Source of the DNA: Candidatus Falkowbacteria bacterium
GTDB taxonomy: Bacteria; Patescibacteriota; Patescibacteriia; Patescibacteriales; WJLG01
Assembly (NCBI GenBank): GCA_963747695.1
Contig: CAVVFV010000008.1
Span: 75,592 to 139,591 of the forward strand
Direction of reading: 5' to 3'
DNA length: 64,000 nt
Shown piece after piece: positions 30,201 through 31,286 of this stretch; positions within the stretch are counted from its first letter, which is position 1, and each line of letters begins with the position of its first letter. The notes beneath the pieces are model-generated. The model made no database searches and was not told the DNA's origin. It was given only the letters and a program-made list of their open reading frames with translations. The position numbers and the translations under genes were made by a program.

Positions 30201-31000
30201 CGACGACTGACTGGACTTACGCCGATGGCATCGATCATGATAATGATCCGATCCAGAATTTATTATTGAGTTCTTCGACGGCCAAGATGACTCATAACGA
30301 ATCAGGCATTTCCACTTCCTCCGCGACTCAGCCGGCCAACAGCTGGGGAGAATGGGAATTTACTTTGAGAAATAATGGCGCGGCGAGCGGCACCACTTAT
30401 TATTTCCGCGGCTACGATAATAATATTGATCAGCCGATCCCCACCAAACCATATCAGGTTTATCCGAGCTTGATTGCCTCCGCCGGCAGCCTGACGTTGA
30501 CCGTCGCCGGTTTGCCTTCCGGTACGGTCACCGAAGGAATCGTCACGACGGCCTCGACCAGCGACGCCAGCATTCCTTTCGGCATATTGATGCCGGACAG
30601 CGAGGTGATCGGCGCGCAACGTTTTACCATCTCGACCAATGCGGAATGGGGTTATAGTTTGTACGCCTTCCAAACCAACGATCTCATCAGCTCAAACGGC
30701 GCAATTATAAATCCGGTTCCCTGGACCAACGCTTCGCCCGCGGCGTGGCCGGCGCTTTTCAATCCGAGCGACTTCGGTTATCATACCGGCGACAATACGC
30801 TTTCCGGCGCGGCGCCGTCGCGTTTTGCCGCGGACGATACTTACGCGCAATTCGCTTCCACCAGTCAGGAAATTTCGTACAGTTCCATTCCAGTGACCGA
30901 TAAAACAGTCGATTTGATTTTCCGCGCCGGCATCGGCAGTCTGCAGCCGGCCGGAGATTATTCGACCAATATTGTGTATATCCTCGTGCCGACCTATTAG
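284..31000 (+). CDS. Giant modular cell-surface protein (10,238 aa), putative adhesin. Contains an N-terminal membrane anchor, ~31 FN3-like modules, ~16 'A' modules, ~15 'C' modules, 4 DUF2341-like+LamG-like cassettes, a beta-helix-like segment, 2 RWRNDD-type modules and a C-terminal WxL-like domain
   Basis: Single uninterrupted ORF in the supplied track. TTG 284 / ATG 290 is preceded by AGGGGA (271..276). N-terminal hydrophobic helix YILAGVIAALLVFVYVNYV. Counts by eye in the translation: YKI[YF]Y[KR]xG-type FN3 core 31x, Y[KQ]WQ[AV]xAC-type 16x, QNKNTYQIG-type 15x. TAG stop at 30998..31000. Antisense ORFs inside are short and low-complexity. Confidence 0.9.
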   Translation: MAMLYKIIKNKNTRYILAGVIAALLVFVYVNYVTEAARPNTPPTATIYQYGNSTSTAVSDGAYLNNSTVNFKATTSDPDKNSVKMFFNLASTSGTLLSATTSPANACSTYTAYASCPSKVWTNGTASTSSWYNPDYPYRIEFKVLTAQVAGALTNFPIYLNMGDVAGKNTNNSFWQHTKRNNDGGDIVITNAAGTRMPVEVVSISTSTAAGEVWFRADSISSTSPATYYLYYGSSTATQVASTTTYGARAVWSNGFAAVYHFGNTGFKDSTGNYNGTNGGTAATSTLVIGTAQYFSGSTYIDLGTTLNLKTQMTLSAWAIPKSGYAVWGKLIGKMYPSHTAPFVCYGLDFDGSTPHLPQVEITASTTQVQEVAKDTTAPANNALFWSAGTYDGANLRAYYNGAQQGVTAFTNSIAWNTQPTQLGRAYYGGGGAETDYFTGVMDEVHLASTARSARWLLTEYHNQSAPNTFIATSATQTYVYPRKAINIPSLPDNGYKWQAIGCDWEGCSGQWAAITGATPNFTIDTTKPTNPGILTLSKKNDSSITVKFGATSTDTNFYQYKIYYKAGASGVTEANTAFGSSTSPGDATFTNNNFSRHTTTTITGLAASTTYVFKIWTYDLAGNKASSSAEFFTATKHFPAVSSGLNQYKADGTTVIGNNTWVLQNEIFLTATSTDADSDAITLYYQFATTTEPYLTATTTPVGACSSGTTYAGCPAHVWQTPAATKKVDLKSVADGQYRWQVLACDVDGCAHTWKTFSDSIPNIKLDTLVPSTPGPLTFIASTTASIKLGFPAAVTEGNFYEYKIYYKVGSTTPIHESDSLWGSTSDANLLSRTFNNKSSTTITGLVPATTYSFSIWAYDLVGNKSSSSLVWERTDRSPTITMNPAGEYVDGSGKVTVSFAVNDIDLETQVMAQVQYYNDLLCRGSAAQASLDQTVGATTASYGGNPVVQNKNTYQIGTSTGWILTTSGVNTINSVWLSQTDQPAWNGNYCVKVTVNDNRGATNSATTSVTIDNVAPTAPGNLTFSKETYSTVSLKFGAASTDTNFSHYKIYYKSGSSGVTEADVPFDQYNDSALGSRTYLSHSTTTISNLTVNTTYFFNIWAYDAYGNSTKAAEYSTTTRALNSYFPYDLSQYPAATTTKIANGGWSNQSTVNLAATSTNGNGVDNTIYFQLIDNAGSFTTATSEPASFCWSGTAFSCSSKIWTNSTPVSGWYNSSYRYRAKITVPAAQVSGSLSNFPVYLNPAVLGQSTSVWSHFKKNSDGGDLLVTDSAGNRLPLEVVAFSTSTHSGELYFRATTLSNSANNDFYLYYGSSTATQPASSTTYGSQNVWSNGYAAVWHYAGSLRDSTWHSINGTNSGSVATTSSSKLGNTSQAFRYSIPAYINYGAPATLDIHGVNPITIESWVYFTLLDANYRTFVSKGDQQFGLQKTAAAPGRINSQIYDTNWKNIGSNADLVASTWYFAAGSYTGVAGGPNTVYVNGVPNASTTANLINDDGSNFWVGANSGATQPFNGLIDEVRISSTTRSDGWITTEYANQNAPKTFFTTTSEQYYFAASDKAVEIISLPDSSYKWQAFACTVDRKCSAWTPFNVTVPNFSIDTLAPSTPNALTRIASTTTSIKLHFPAAVTETNFYEYKIYYKVGSTSPIHESDSLWGSTTDANLLSKTFNGKSSTTITGLTPATTYSFSIWAYDLAGNKSSSSLVWDRTDRNPAVSLSTYAERTDATGKVDLGFAVSDPDGDNQVMAQVQYFTDANCHTAGSQATIDPSAISAQHGIPVVQNKNTYQIGTTTGWIVTSFGANTISSVWNSATDQPVGDGTYCLQVTVNDNKGGTASATTSLTIDNKAPSGFGPLTLSKKNDNSVTVNFNGQATETHFTQYKIYYKAGSSNVKQTDSLWSSANDPSLGSQTYLGNTTTTIPGLTVATTYVFNIFAYDSYGHVASNTSEFTTATKNFPAVPTSPNQYQADGITLIANTALDSQNEVYLSATSTDPDSDAITLYYQLASTSGTFITATSTPAGACSSGTTYASCSSRVWYTPAATKKADLKSIPDNDYQWQVLACDKDGCSRNWQAFSASVPNFTIDTTAPTAPGNLTLSKKNDSSITLHFGSASTELHFSQYKIFYKVGMNGVTENDSLLSSSTDSALGHIDYSGHATTTITGLNAGTTYVINIWAYDSLGHKASAIETNATTKTFPANPSSLNQYRADALTPITNGGYTNQNEINFFATSTDVDADALTLYYQLATTSGTFITVTSTPASACSSGTAYASCPSRVWQTPAATKKADLKTIPDAGYKWQVLACDLDGCSHNWSTNSSVPNFTIDTTAPSIPNALTHIASTTTSIKLHFPTAVTETNFYEYKIYYKVGSTTAIHESDSLWGSTSDANLLSQTFNGKSSTTITGLTPATTYSFSIWAYDLAGNKSSSSLVWDRTDRSPTIAINSAAERTDATGKVDFAFAVNDPDQDDQVMAQAQYFTDQYCHAVAAQTTLDETDAATTATHGDPKVQNKNTYQIGTTTGWILTSAGVNTVSTVWNSQTDLPTGDNIYCLKLTVNDNRGATASATTTVVIDNKAPSGFGPLTLSKKNDNSITMNFGSTATETHFTQYKIYYKAGSSNVKQTDSLWSSANDPSLGSQTYLGNTTTTIPGLTVNTTYVFNLFAYDSYGHVASSSGEFPTATKNFPALPSLLSQYKSDGVTAIALGGLTSQNEIKFTATSTDSDADAITLYYQLASTSGTYISATTTPAGACSSGTAWTSCPSRVWYTPAATKKADLKSIPDNDYQWQVLACDKDGCSRNWQTFSVSVPNFTIDTTAPTAPGNLTLSKENDNSVTLKFGAATSDSHFEQYKIYYKVGASGVSETDLLWSSSSDPSLGQIAYSGNSTTTIGGLISGTNYVFNIYAYDAAGNKAAAALELTVPVKSFPGNASGLQQYKADGTTLIANGAFINQNTVNLSAAATDPDSDRTTLYYQLTTTSAALITATSAPSNACADSSDYASCSGKVWANVLTDWYSSAWPYRAKITVNKNSVRSNQTGFPVYVDLSLFPSGHTIWTNMKNGGGDLLVTAADGVTRLPLEVVSASTTPKTGEIYFKGDISASSNTDFYLYYGNSAATQPASTTAYGAQKVWDSNYVGVWHLGERGVVENSTGKTAAGTRMGSPIRMAGQLGYGQNIEANGGVGFNLGKLGLADGTHNHLTMEVWAENNGTWESTGRIISHSSSSVIFYSLSRAAANNSLRMVIDNATAGNNLAFSTSTWHYIAGTYDATLGSLRAKLFIDNTASTTAAANSGPINDDSGEGFTTIGRRYDVTTQDWRGDVDEVRISSSTRSQNWLMTTYSNESNDSSFLTIADGEPIPAADTMVKILSLPDGGYQWQALACDVDGCARNWKTFNDSLPNIEVDITPPSTPGPLTHIASTTTSIKLHFPTAVTETNFYEYKIYYKVGSTTAIHESDSLWGSTSDANLLSQTFNGKSSTTITGLTPATTYSFSIWAYDLAGNKSSSSLVWDRTDRNPTLAINSRAERIDGTGLVDLSFAVNDPDADDQVMAQVQYFTDQNCHSSGNQAYLDETDANTTATHGDPKVQNKNTYQIGTTTGWILTSAGVNAVNTVWLSHHDLPAGDGTYCLKLTVNDNRGGTASATSSLTIDNKAPFGFGPLTFSKKNDNSITLFFGNAASENHFSPYKIYYKIGAAGVKQTDSLWSSANDAALGYQNYSGHATTTITGLNSGVTYVFNLFAYDTYGNLASSSPEFTTGTKSFPAAPSTLTQYRADGVTTIAPGGFINQNEIKLFATSTDADADAITIYYQLATTSGAFLSATTTPASACSSGTTYAGCPSRVWQTPAATKMADLKTISDNGYVWQALACDTDGCSRNWTAFSATIPNLTIDITPPTISSFTMPAGYSSTTVPVSTFSASDNIGVTKYLITSTSTTPSLGDPGWSPTPQGSFTFPGASGVKTAYAWVRDGAGNISSSVSATVTLDVPRYWYGRASSGNANNMNDGNNYNPMGPLLASDKLVFNSGATSSAATADLTAGSITVNPAFTGNWSISGRNLISSSSVIINGTGGSVNLGNSITISNPLSTLHIGNSVGTATFSSCAITFNGPGSTLDIIKSGTIKSLTLGASAAVTASSSATFLSATAPLILGNNSTLIINAGKSLNFNRSTSGDLFSLGTGYTITNNGLFEFWAHDNGTVLTVPALTVGGSGEIDFTDWGTLTATYSFTGAQNYGANTLYLATSFSDGQITYNINSQNIACGALNAGPRNSQTTGYEIINYGSGNIFCTSYTGSSYAATENLGTSQWSVTGNWTMGSTHTIVASTSLVTFKNSATITSNGQSFYDLTLASSSKTFTLGDALSAHTLNLSAGTLNTNAKNVSLSGNITLASAATFTAAGSAFTFTGTPTITANGKSFPVSTFNNGATFADNVTFARAIFTPNKTYTFTHGINFTLTSYTAGDWNGTVGNPVTLQSDSSGQAWNFINPAGMAVSHVAVKDSTASNDINAGNGTNVDNGGNNVHWIFPPTALNPLTRIASTTTAIKLGFPAPVVETNFSQYKIFYRLGSTTPIHETDSLWSSSSDPNLGSLNFNGKSSTTITGLAGGTVYSFSIWAYDKLGDKASSSLIWDRTDRAPNVMAFNSAAERIDASGKVDISFNANDPDLDNLSAKVEYVARPGASCDFAAPLVPTLDETDANTTAHWGDPKVQNKNTYQIGTTTGWILSSSTPNTVNFVWLSRSNLPAGDGVYCLRLTANDNRGGTLSATTSLIIDNAAPTNPGPLILNKHSNTSITANLNASSSESNFVQYKIFYKAGPSGVKQTDILFGSSTAPGDSVLGQIDFSKHTTTTFTGLTPGTNYVFNIWAYDQYGNKASGSPEFSATTKSYPSAAQAMVQYHGDGTTVVNNGNWVIVNDMNFFATSTDADSDAITLYYQLATTSGSFLTATSAPANACSSGTSYASCPAKVWYTPSSIKKVDIKDIPDGDYQWQALACDADGCARTWKVFDSSVPNFKIDTAPPTPPNPLLRIASTTDTIKLGLPGPILIDNFSQFKIFYRIGSTTPIRETDTLWGSSSDPNLGIDNFNGKSSTTITGLNPATVYSFAIWAYDLAGHKVSSTLMWERTDRNPVLIINSAAERVDSSGNADLSFAADDPDQESELMVRVQYFTDQYCHSAANQTYLDETDANTTATYGDPKVQNKNTYQIGTSTGWIYNTSGANTVNTVWLTRNDLPVGDGTYCLKLTINDNRGATGEATTSIIIDNVNPTTPGSLTLNKKNDGSVTVNFGSSTVETNFAPYKIYYKVGASGVKQTDSSWTAADDPALGAQDFSGHSTTTITSLDSGISYTFNIFAYDYYGNVASGTAELATTTKHFPANPSGAYQYRSDGVTLIANGTFTTEDEVKLTATSTDADSDSITLYYQLATTSGTFLTATTAPANACSSGTAYAACPARVWYAPAPIKQADLKNIPDNDYKWQVLACDSDGCARNWTAFNGSIPNFRIGAVPPFTPDPLTRIASTSVSIKLGFPAPVTVSTFAQYKIYYRVGSTTTIHETDSLWSSSSDPNLGSHTFNGKSSTTITGLNPATVYSFSLWAYDQAGNKSSSTLVWDRTDRNPTIDINNRAEETNGTGKVDLSFSVNDPDADDQVMAQVQYFTDQNCHSSGNQTYLDETDANTTATYGDPKVQNKNTYQIGTSTGWIITSSGSNAVNTIWLSKNDLPVGDGTYCLKFSVNDNRGGLAFATSSLIIDNKAPANFGPLTLSKKNDNSITVNFNSPAEESNFSQYKIYYKAGGSGVKQTDLLFGSSSDSALGQLDYSGHATTTITGLNVATAYVFNLFAYDAYGNLASSTPELNTSTKSFPAIPSGLTQYRADGVTTILNGTFITQNEVNLFATSTDTDSDPITLYYQLATTSGSDLTVTSTPVNACASGTAYDSCPSRVWQTPAATKKVDLKTLPDLDYKWQVLACDADGCSRNWQSFNVSVPNFRIGAVAPSQPDPLTRLASTTVSIKLGFPTPVTASTFRQYKIYYRLGSTTLIHETDTLWGSSSDPNLSSIIFNGKSSTTITGLTSGTVYSFSLWAYDLAGNKSSSTLVWDRTDRNPTLAINSVAEQIDGSGKVDISFAANDPDLDDLVMARAQYFTDQNCHSAGNQAEIDETDANTTATYGDPKVQDKNTYQIGTTTGWILTSSGANTIDTVWLSKTDLPAGDGTYCLQLAVNDNRDGLAIATTSFIIDNQAPTNFGPLTFSKKNDTSITVNLGSAASENHFQAYKIYYKIGTSDVKQTDSVFDSTNDSDLGYLDFSNAATTTISNLDSGTPYVFNLFAYDLYGNVASGTPEFSTTTKAFPAAPSSLDQFEADGVTPITNKAIIVENEVKLFATSTDADNDPITLYYQLATSSGIFLTVTTTPAAACSSGTAYAACPSRIWSATAATKEVDITAIPDGDFKWQVLACDADGCSRNWLAFNASTPNFRIGMAAPSVPDPLIRLASTTVSIKLGFPSPITASTFSQYRIYYRLGSTTPIHETDQLWSSSSDPNLGDINFNGKSSTTITGLTPGTVYSFSLWAYDLSGRKTSSTLMWDRTDRNPTLAINSLAEKVNGTGRVDLAFAVNDPDQDDEVMARVQYFADQNCHSTGNQTYLDETDSATTATYGDPKVQNKNTYQIGTSTGWILTSSGVNTVKTIWLSSDDLPAGDGTYCVELTVNDNRGAQAVATTSVAIDNVAPTRPGNLSLSKKNDNSVTLEFGSATVENHFKEYRIYYKEGTSGVKDTDSLWSSSSDPLALGYIDYSGHGTTTVTGLNPGTTYVFNIFAYDTTGNVAAATAEFTTNTKSFPAIPSGLEQYRADGTTIISLGSIINQNELNLFSTSTDADSDSITLYYQLASTSGSYLTATSAPANACSSGTAWDSCPARIWYATAITKKVDIKTVPDNDYQWQVLACDVDGCSRSWKIFSASVPNFAIDTTPPSTPNSLTRLASSTDSIKFGLPAPVTEIHFAQYKIYYRVGSTTTIHETDSLWSSSSDPNLGSHTFNGKSSTTITGLNPATVYSFSLWAYDQAGNKSSSTLVWDRTDRNPTIDINNRAEETNGTGKVDLSFSVNDPDADDQVMAQVQYFTDQNCHSSGNQTYLDETDANTTATYGDPKVQNKNTYQIGTSTGWIITSSGSNAVNTIWLSKNDLPVGDGTYCLKFSVNDNRGGLAFATSSLIIDNKAPANFGPLTLSKKNDNSITVNFNSPAEESNFSQYKIYYKAGGSGVKQTDLLFGSSSDSALGQLDYSGHATTTITGLNVATAYVFNLFAYDAYGNLASSTPELNTSTKSFPAIPSGLTQYRADGITVIPNGAFVNQNEVNLFATSTDADSDPITLYYQLATTSGSYLTATTTPAASCASGTAYGSCAAKIWRNDSPADIKDIPDGSYKWQVLACDADSCARNWQAFDAGTPNFTDDNTAPTVPGNLSLSKKTDTSIDLYFGSSTDETNFSQYKIFYKVGSSGVTESDLLFGSSSDAALGSQTYLSHATTSISGLNAGTQYVFKIFAYDSAGNKSSSSEFTAATKSFPAAADHLDQYRADGVTEIANHSLLNIDEVKLFSSTTDADSDPITIYYQLVTSLPSFLTATSVPNNACSSGTIYSACTSKVWSAANDVQVDLVSIPYGTYEWQALACDNDGCSRTWTKFNAVTPNFILASSNLSTPGPLTAIASSSASIKLGFPAPVTGVGFVQYKIFYHLGSTTPVHETDSLWGSSSDPNLGDIGFNGKSSTTVTGLTAGTTYSFSIWAYDNYGGKTSSTMIWVRTDRLPTIIFNSAAERVNGTGVVDVSVVVNDPDKDNQVMAKVEYSAGSSCDFSSPAKATLDERSGHSSASFGIPVVRNKNAYQVGTSTGWILTSFGQNTVNFEWPSKIDLPTGDNSYCLRVTVNDNRGGTASATRILTIDNAPPASFGPLTLDLKTLNSVTLFFGSAATENNFRQYKIYYKAGTSGVTEKNILFGSSSDPALNDQNYLGHATTTISGLTSNVNYVFNVWAYDLFGNKSSSSPEFTTKTPIGPTGSINSAAEATDGSDRINISITANDPEGLDTRAKLEYFTNPGCTGTAHKPTLDEDPSSITASTGTPAIQNKNTYQIGTSTGYISTDRGANTVNFVWLSGADLSGSEGTYCLRLTVNNGSYDSLSTTTPLYIDDKAPTGLGNLTVNKKVGTSAILNYGSAATEANFSRYRIFYKIGTPPVVETDNEQIDANLNLQNYNNKATTTISGLAAGNWYAANIWAYDDYGNKASATPVSFKINQKPDDPSDLQQAESDGTPIPVGTVINGSTVKLRANVVDTDSTSTTFYFQLLGNGADYSTDTTVPGSACADNTAFGSCANNIWSVATSSSPSDWYNSGWHYRRLVTVDHSQVAGDLSGFPVLISAPADADLAAKARADGRDIIFTSADGRTLLDFSKENYNPTTGEYEFWVKSDLSATADTFLYMYYGNPAVATDLVSTQTWNSDYAAVWHLAETGTGSRADATENGNNAAAVNFDGSEKDRPGIIDGADDFNSADKFLQAPDSASLSITGGLTVSGWINPDTVAVDSLQAGGYPRYQFVGMKWHADGGADCTPDGNFNPAMINPYAGATYGSDAWTNGSSWKVYDTSLSSVYYQSDQYSVDLNKLWGNTAADSEAYLGAYVYSPDDRTVDISRGSDDGSEMWVNGHLVAADCQNHLFAADALVSSVNLKQGWNTIVVRVANGSGDWVGEWRISANASGLSTLANPKIIVDKQNYQVSQKGSDLSVFYGTTSLDTIIATNSWQYFVMKGDNYHLDLLLNGQNRGSQTFSVVSPATDQPLRLGYGFDGRLDEINIENQVASVPWVTTAYRNQNDPGSFASVGSPEGRTGMGAQISVNSLPDSAAGYKWQVMVCDEENACSGWTKFNDAAPHFLVSGNGPSVPGALTLHSKTSHSLTLNFGAPSNTGFFKQYKIFYKAGSSGVTEGDSLWGSSSDANLAYIDYNGAGSTTITNLSADTQYVFNIWAYDSAGRRASSRTELTATTNAPPTASFSAAAEKTDGSGRVHLSIIANDVNQDNLKAKLEFFANPRCVGAPFPTTLDETDYTATSTYGDAKISNSNAYQIGNPSGWIITAAGANTVNFDWLSTIDLPAGNSVYCLRLTANDGIEDQTIPATTSLIIDNVKPTQPGALTLGKRGSAYLELLFGAPTQETNFQRYRIFYKQGTGVTEHDSEITDTNLAYINYNGAATTTATGLTGGKPYSFKIFAYDDFGHESSSTETTYSTDHLPTGFFNSAAEETNGNGVVDISLTAADPDGDPASAQLQYFADAACHGTPLDPTLNNASSTIAATFGHPDINNSETYQLGDASRIITVTGPNTVNFTWLSGLDLPAGDGIYCLRLVVNDGKNDQGAAATTSLVIDNAAPTVPGNLSVSRVNGDYVFLKFGAAATDSHFREYKIFYQVGTDTVTEADLAMTKSLDYNLGFADYNGRATTAVANLNAQAEYSFNIWAYDNYGNKSAALQQVSTTTYSSSGATWREAEDTVDPTNILYLGKEKPVRVRISVANLGDWSATDQYKIQYAPKVDSCANVVSWLDVPTTTATDDFTMIDSSYFFNGEPTVQRLNNTEGYNFVPGSLIKALSNQSASTTLGTNEYTELEYAFQATANATAGATYCFRVLKNGQVLDAYTRYPELTLSPPPESSFSSAQEKGDGSNAVRVALNVSHPAGYPTQVKLEYAANSSCDFSSPLKPTLNTDPVSVSATYDHPDLNNNETYQIGSSTGNMIITSLGTNTVAFDWPTRDDFTGVDQTYCLRATAYDGYDDQAVPATTTVVIDQVKPTNPGDLATTSKTTGSVTLAFGSASFDTHFKEYRIYYKVGSSSVTENDSLWGSSSDPNLGYINYNGAATTTVTGLLPNKQYVFRIWAYDEYGNKSSSSDEISVYLFSTKRSGGPWRWYQDQYDETPQIPLAAENVTPNNITDDQILKLRMDFQEIQGLDALNTKIRLQYSTYSDFSADVNWVGEIGSTTDWTYADGIDHDNDPIQNLLLSSSTAKMTHNESGISTSSATQPANSWGEWEFTLRNNGAASGTTYYFRGYDNNIDQPIPTKPYQVYPSLIASAGSLTLTVAGLPSGTVTEGIVTTASTSDASIPFGILMPDSEVIGAQRFTISTNAEWGYSLYAFQTNDLISSNGAIINPVPWTNASPAAWPALFNPSDFGYHTGDNTLSGAAPSRFAADDTYAQFASTSQEISYSSIPVTDKTVDLIFRAGIGSLQPAGDYSTNIVYILVPTY
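673..1700 (+). other. DUF2341-like + LamG/concanavalin-A-like lectin cassette 1 (nested in an A module)
   Basis: WYNPDYPYRIEFKVLTAQVAGALTNFPIYLNM...DGGDIVITNAAGTRMPVEVV...GEVWFRADSISSTSPATYYLYYGS matches the DUF2341 pattern as I remember it (W..Y.YR, nFP, DGgD, YYG). It is followed by ...LSAWA...SAGTYDGANLRAYYNG...FTGVMDEVHLASTARSARWLLTEY (LamG-type DEV+..S..RS..W ending). Confidence 0.65.
3923..4925 (+). other. DUF2341-like + LamG-like cassette 2 (nested in an A module)
   Basis: WYNSSYRYRAKITVPAAQVSGSLSNFPVYLNP...DGGDLLVTDSAGNRLPLEVV...GELYFRATTLSNSANNDFYLYYGS, then ...FNGLIDEVRISSTTRSDGWITTEY. By eye it looks about 90 percent identical to cassette c of the second giant gene (55311..56310). 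Confidence 0.65.
5909..6054 (+). repeat. Copy 1 of a perfect 146-bp intragenic repeat (partner 8078..8223)
   Basis: CATTTCACCCAATACAAAATATATTACAAAGCAGGGTCGAGCAATGTGAAGCAGACC...CCCGGCCTCACGGT is identical in both places (offset 2,169 nt). Confidence 0.85.
7292..7572 (+). repeat. Copy 1 of a perfect 281-bp intragenic repeat (partner 10508..10788)
   Basis: TCCACCACCACTTCGATCAAGCTGCATTTTCCCACGG...GTTTGGGATCGCAC is identical in both places (offset 3,216 nt). The flanks differ at the first base outside each end. Confidence 0.85.
8078..8223 (+). repeat. Copy 2 of the perfect 146-bp intragenic repeat (partner 5909..6054)
   Basis: Same as copy 1. Confidence 0.85.
9299..10300 (+). other. DUF2341-like + LamG-like cassette 3 (nested in an A module)
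   Basis: WYSSAWPYRAKITVNKNSVRSNQTGFPVYVDLS...GGGDLLVTAADGVTRLPLEVV...GEIYFKGDISASSNTDFYLYYGN, then ...WRGDVDEVRISSSTRSQNWLMTTY. Confidence 0.65.
10508..10788 (+). repeat. Copy 2 of the perfect 281-bp intragenic repeat (partner 7292..7572)
   Basis: Same as copy 1. Confidence 0.85.
12200..13805 (+). other. Parallel beta-helix-like (passenger-like) segment of the giant protein
   Basis: About 530 aa that are G/S/T/N/A/L-rich with an irregular ~20-25-aa periodicity. Example: ITVNPAFTGNWSISGRNLISSSSVIINGTGGSVNLGNSITISNPLSTLHIGNSVGTATFSSCAITFNGPGSTLDIIKSGTIKSLTLGASAAVTASSSATFLSATAPLILGNNSTLIINAGKSLNF. It occurs only once in the protein. Confidence 0.45.
16826..17839 (+). repeat. Copy 1 of a perfect 1,014-bp intragenic direct repeat (partner 21194..22207)
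   Basis: Line-by-line comparison of the two stretches showed no mismatch. The encoded 338 aa are identical (FAQYKIYYRVGSTTTIHETD...SGLTQYRADG). The identical antisense ORF pairs in the track (16898..17200 = 21266..21568; 17226..17495 = 21594..21863) confirm an offset of 4,368 nt. Confidence 0.9.
21194..22207 (+). repeat. Copy 2 of the perfect 1,014-bp intragenic direct repeat (partner 16826..17839)
   Basis: Same as copy 1. The offset of 4,368 nt equals three ~1,456-nt supermodules. Confidence 0.9.
25319..26775 (+). other. DUF2341-like + LamG-like cassette 4 (nested in an A module; itself carries an extra insert)
   Basis: WYNSGWHYRRLVTVDHSQVAGDLSGFPVLISAP...DGRDIIFTSADGRTLLDFSKENYNPTTGEYEFWVKSDLSATADTFLYMYYGN ... 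FDGRLDEINIENQVASVPWVTTAY. It is ~150 aa longer than cassettes 1-3. Confidence 0.65.
25913..26410 (+). other. PA14/GLEYA-like beta-sandwich segment inserted inside the LamG-like part of cassette 4
   Basis: AYLGAYVYSPDDRTVDISRGSDDGSEMWVNGHLVAADCQNHLFAADALVSSVNLKQGWNTIVVRVANGSGDWVGEWRI resembles the PA14 core pattern (G.y....sDDg..lwvnG.lv....v.L..G.n.i.v...n..G). This segment is absent from cassettes 1-3. Confidence 0.4.
28730..29215 (+). other. RWRNDD-type module (~160 aa) of the giant protein, copy 1
   Basis: GATWREAEDTVDPTNILYLGKEKPVRVRISVANLGDWSATDQYKIQYAPKVDSC...TELEYAFQATANATAGATYCFRVLKNGQVLDAYTRYPELTL. The same pattern (W+.d.D ... lRlR..v.N.G ... y.lqY ... tYcFR ... Y..yP.Lt) recurs at 29975..30472, 58034..58560 and 59048..59570. 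Confidence 0.55.
29975..30472 (+). other. RWRNDD-type module of the giant protein, copy 2
   Basis: GGPWRWYQDQYDETPQIPLAAENVTPNNITDDQILKLRMDFQEIQG...IRLQYSTYSDFS...EWEFTLRNNGAASGTTYYFRGYDNNIDQPIPTKPYQVYPSL. Confidence 0.5.
30461..30997 (+). other. C-terminal ~180-aa domain of the giant protein, homologous to the C-terminus of the next gene product; WxL-like (inference)
   Basis: SLTLTVAGLPSGTVTEGIVTTASTSDASIPFGILMPDSEVIGAQRFTISTNAEWGYSLYAFQTNDLISSNGA...LQPAGDYSTNIVYILVPTY* aligns with SLTFTISGIGTTTPEYVNGVLCNASSTYNTLPYGILTPGVEKTICQRMNVTTNADYGYSVTVVQDHNLLASNGA...LQEAGDYSNTLTYVCTPTY* (31730..32348). Confidence 0.7.
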
Positions 31001-31148
31001 GTTTTATCCACAGGGCACAGCAATTTTTTAATTTTTAATATTTAATTTTTGATTTTTTGCCCTATTTTTTGCCAAAATTAAAGGTAAATGGCGGCAAAGG
31101 TTAGACCAGACAGAAAAGAGATATGCCCTTATGTCTTTATCTGAATTA

Positions 31149-31157
31149 TGGTATAAT
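31149..31157 (+). promoter_or_regulatory. Candidate extended -10 promoter element TGgTATAAT upstream of the 31287 gene
   Basis: TG at 31149..31150 and TATAAT at 31152..31157. There is only a weak -35 (TTATGT at 31129..31134). It lies ~130 nt upstream of ATG 31287. Confidence 0.35.
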
Positions 31158-31286
31158 AATAAGCAGAGAAGAGAAAATATTTTTAGATCAAAATTAAAAT
31201 ACTATAACCGGAGGGAAATAGGAGACTACTTAAAGTTTTGATAAATAATTATTTTGCCAAGGACGATTCGTTTGACTAGAAAAAAT

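Noticed and set aside
284-31000. Diversity-generating retroelement or other targeted hypervariation of the repeat modules
   Set aside because: No reverse transcriptase, template repeat or accessory gene is present in the window. Differences between modules are spread over all positions rather than confined to a short variable region. I could not test adenine-specific substitution patterns by eye.
31012-31063. AGGGCA...TGCCCT pairing after the giant gene as its terminator
   Set aside because: The stem is only 6 bp with a ~40-nt AT-rich loop. A T-run follows, but the structure is too weak to call, so I found no convincing terminator for the giant gene.
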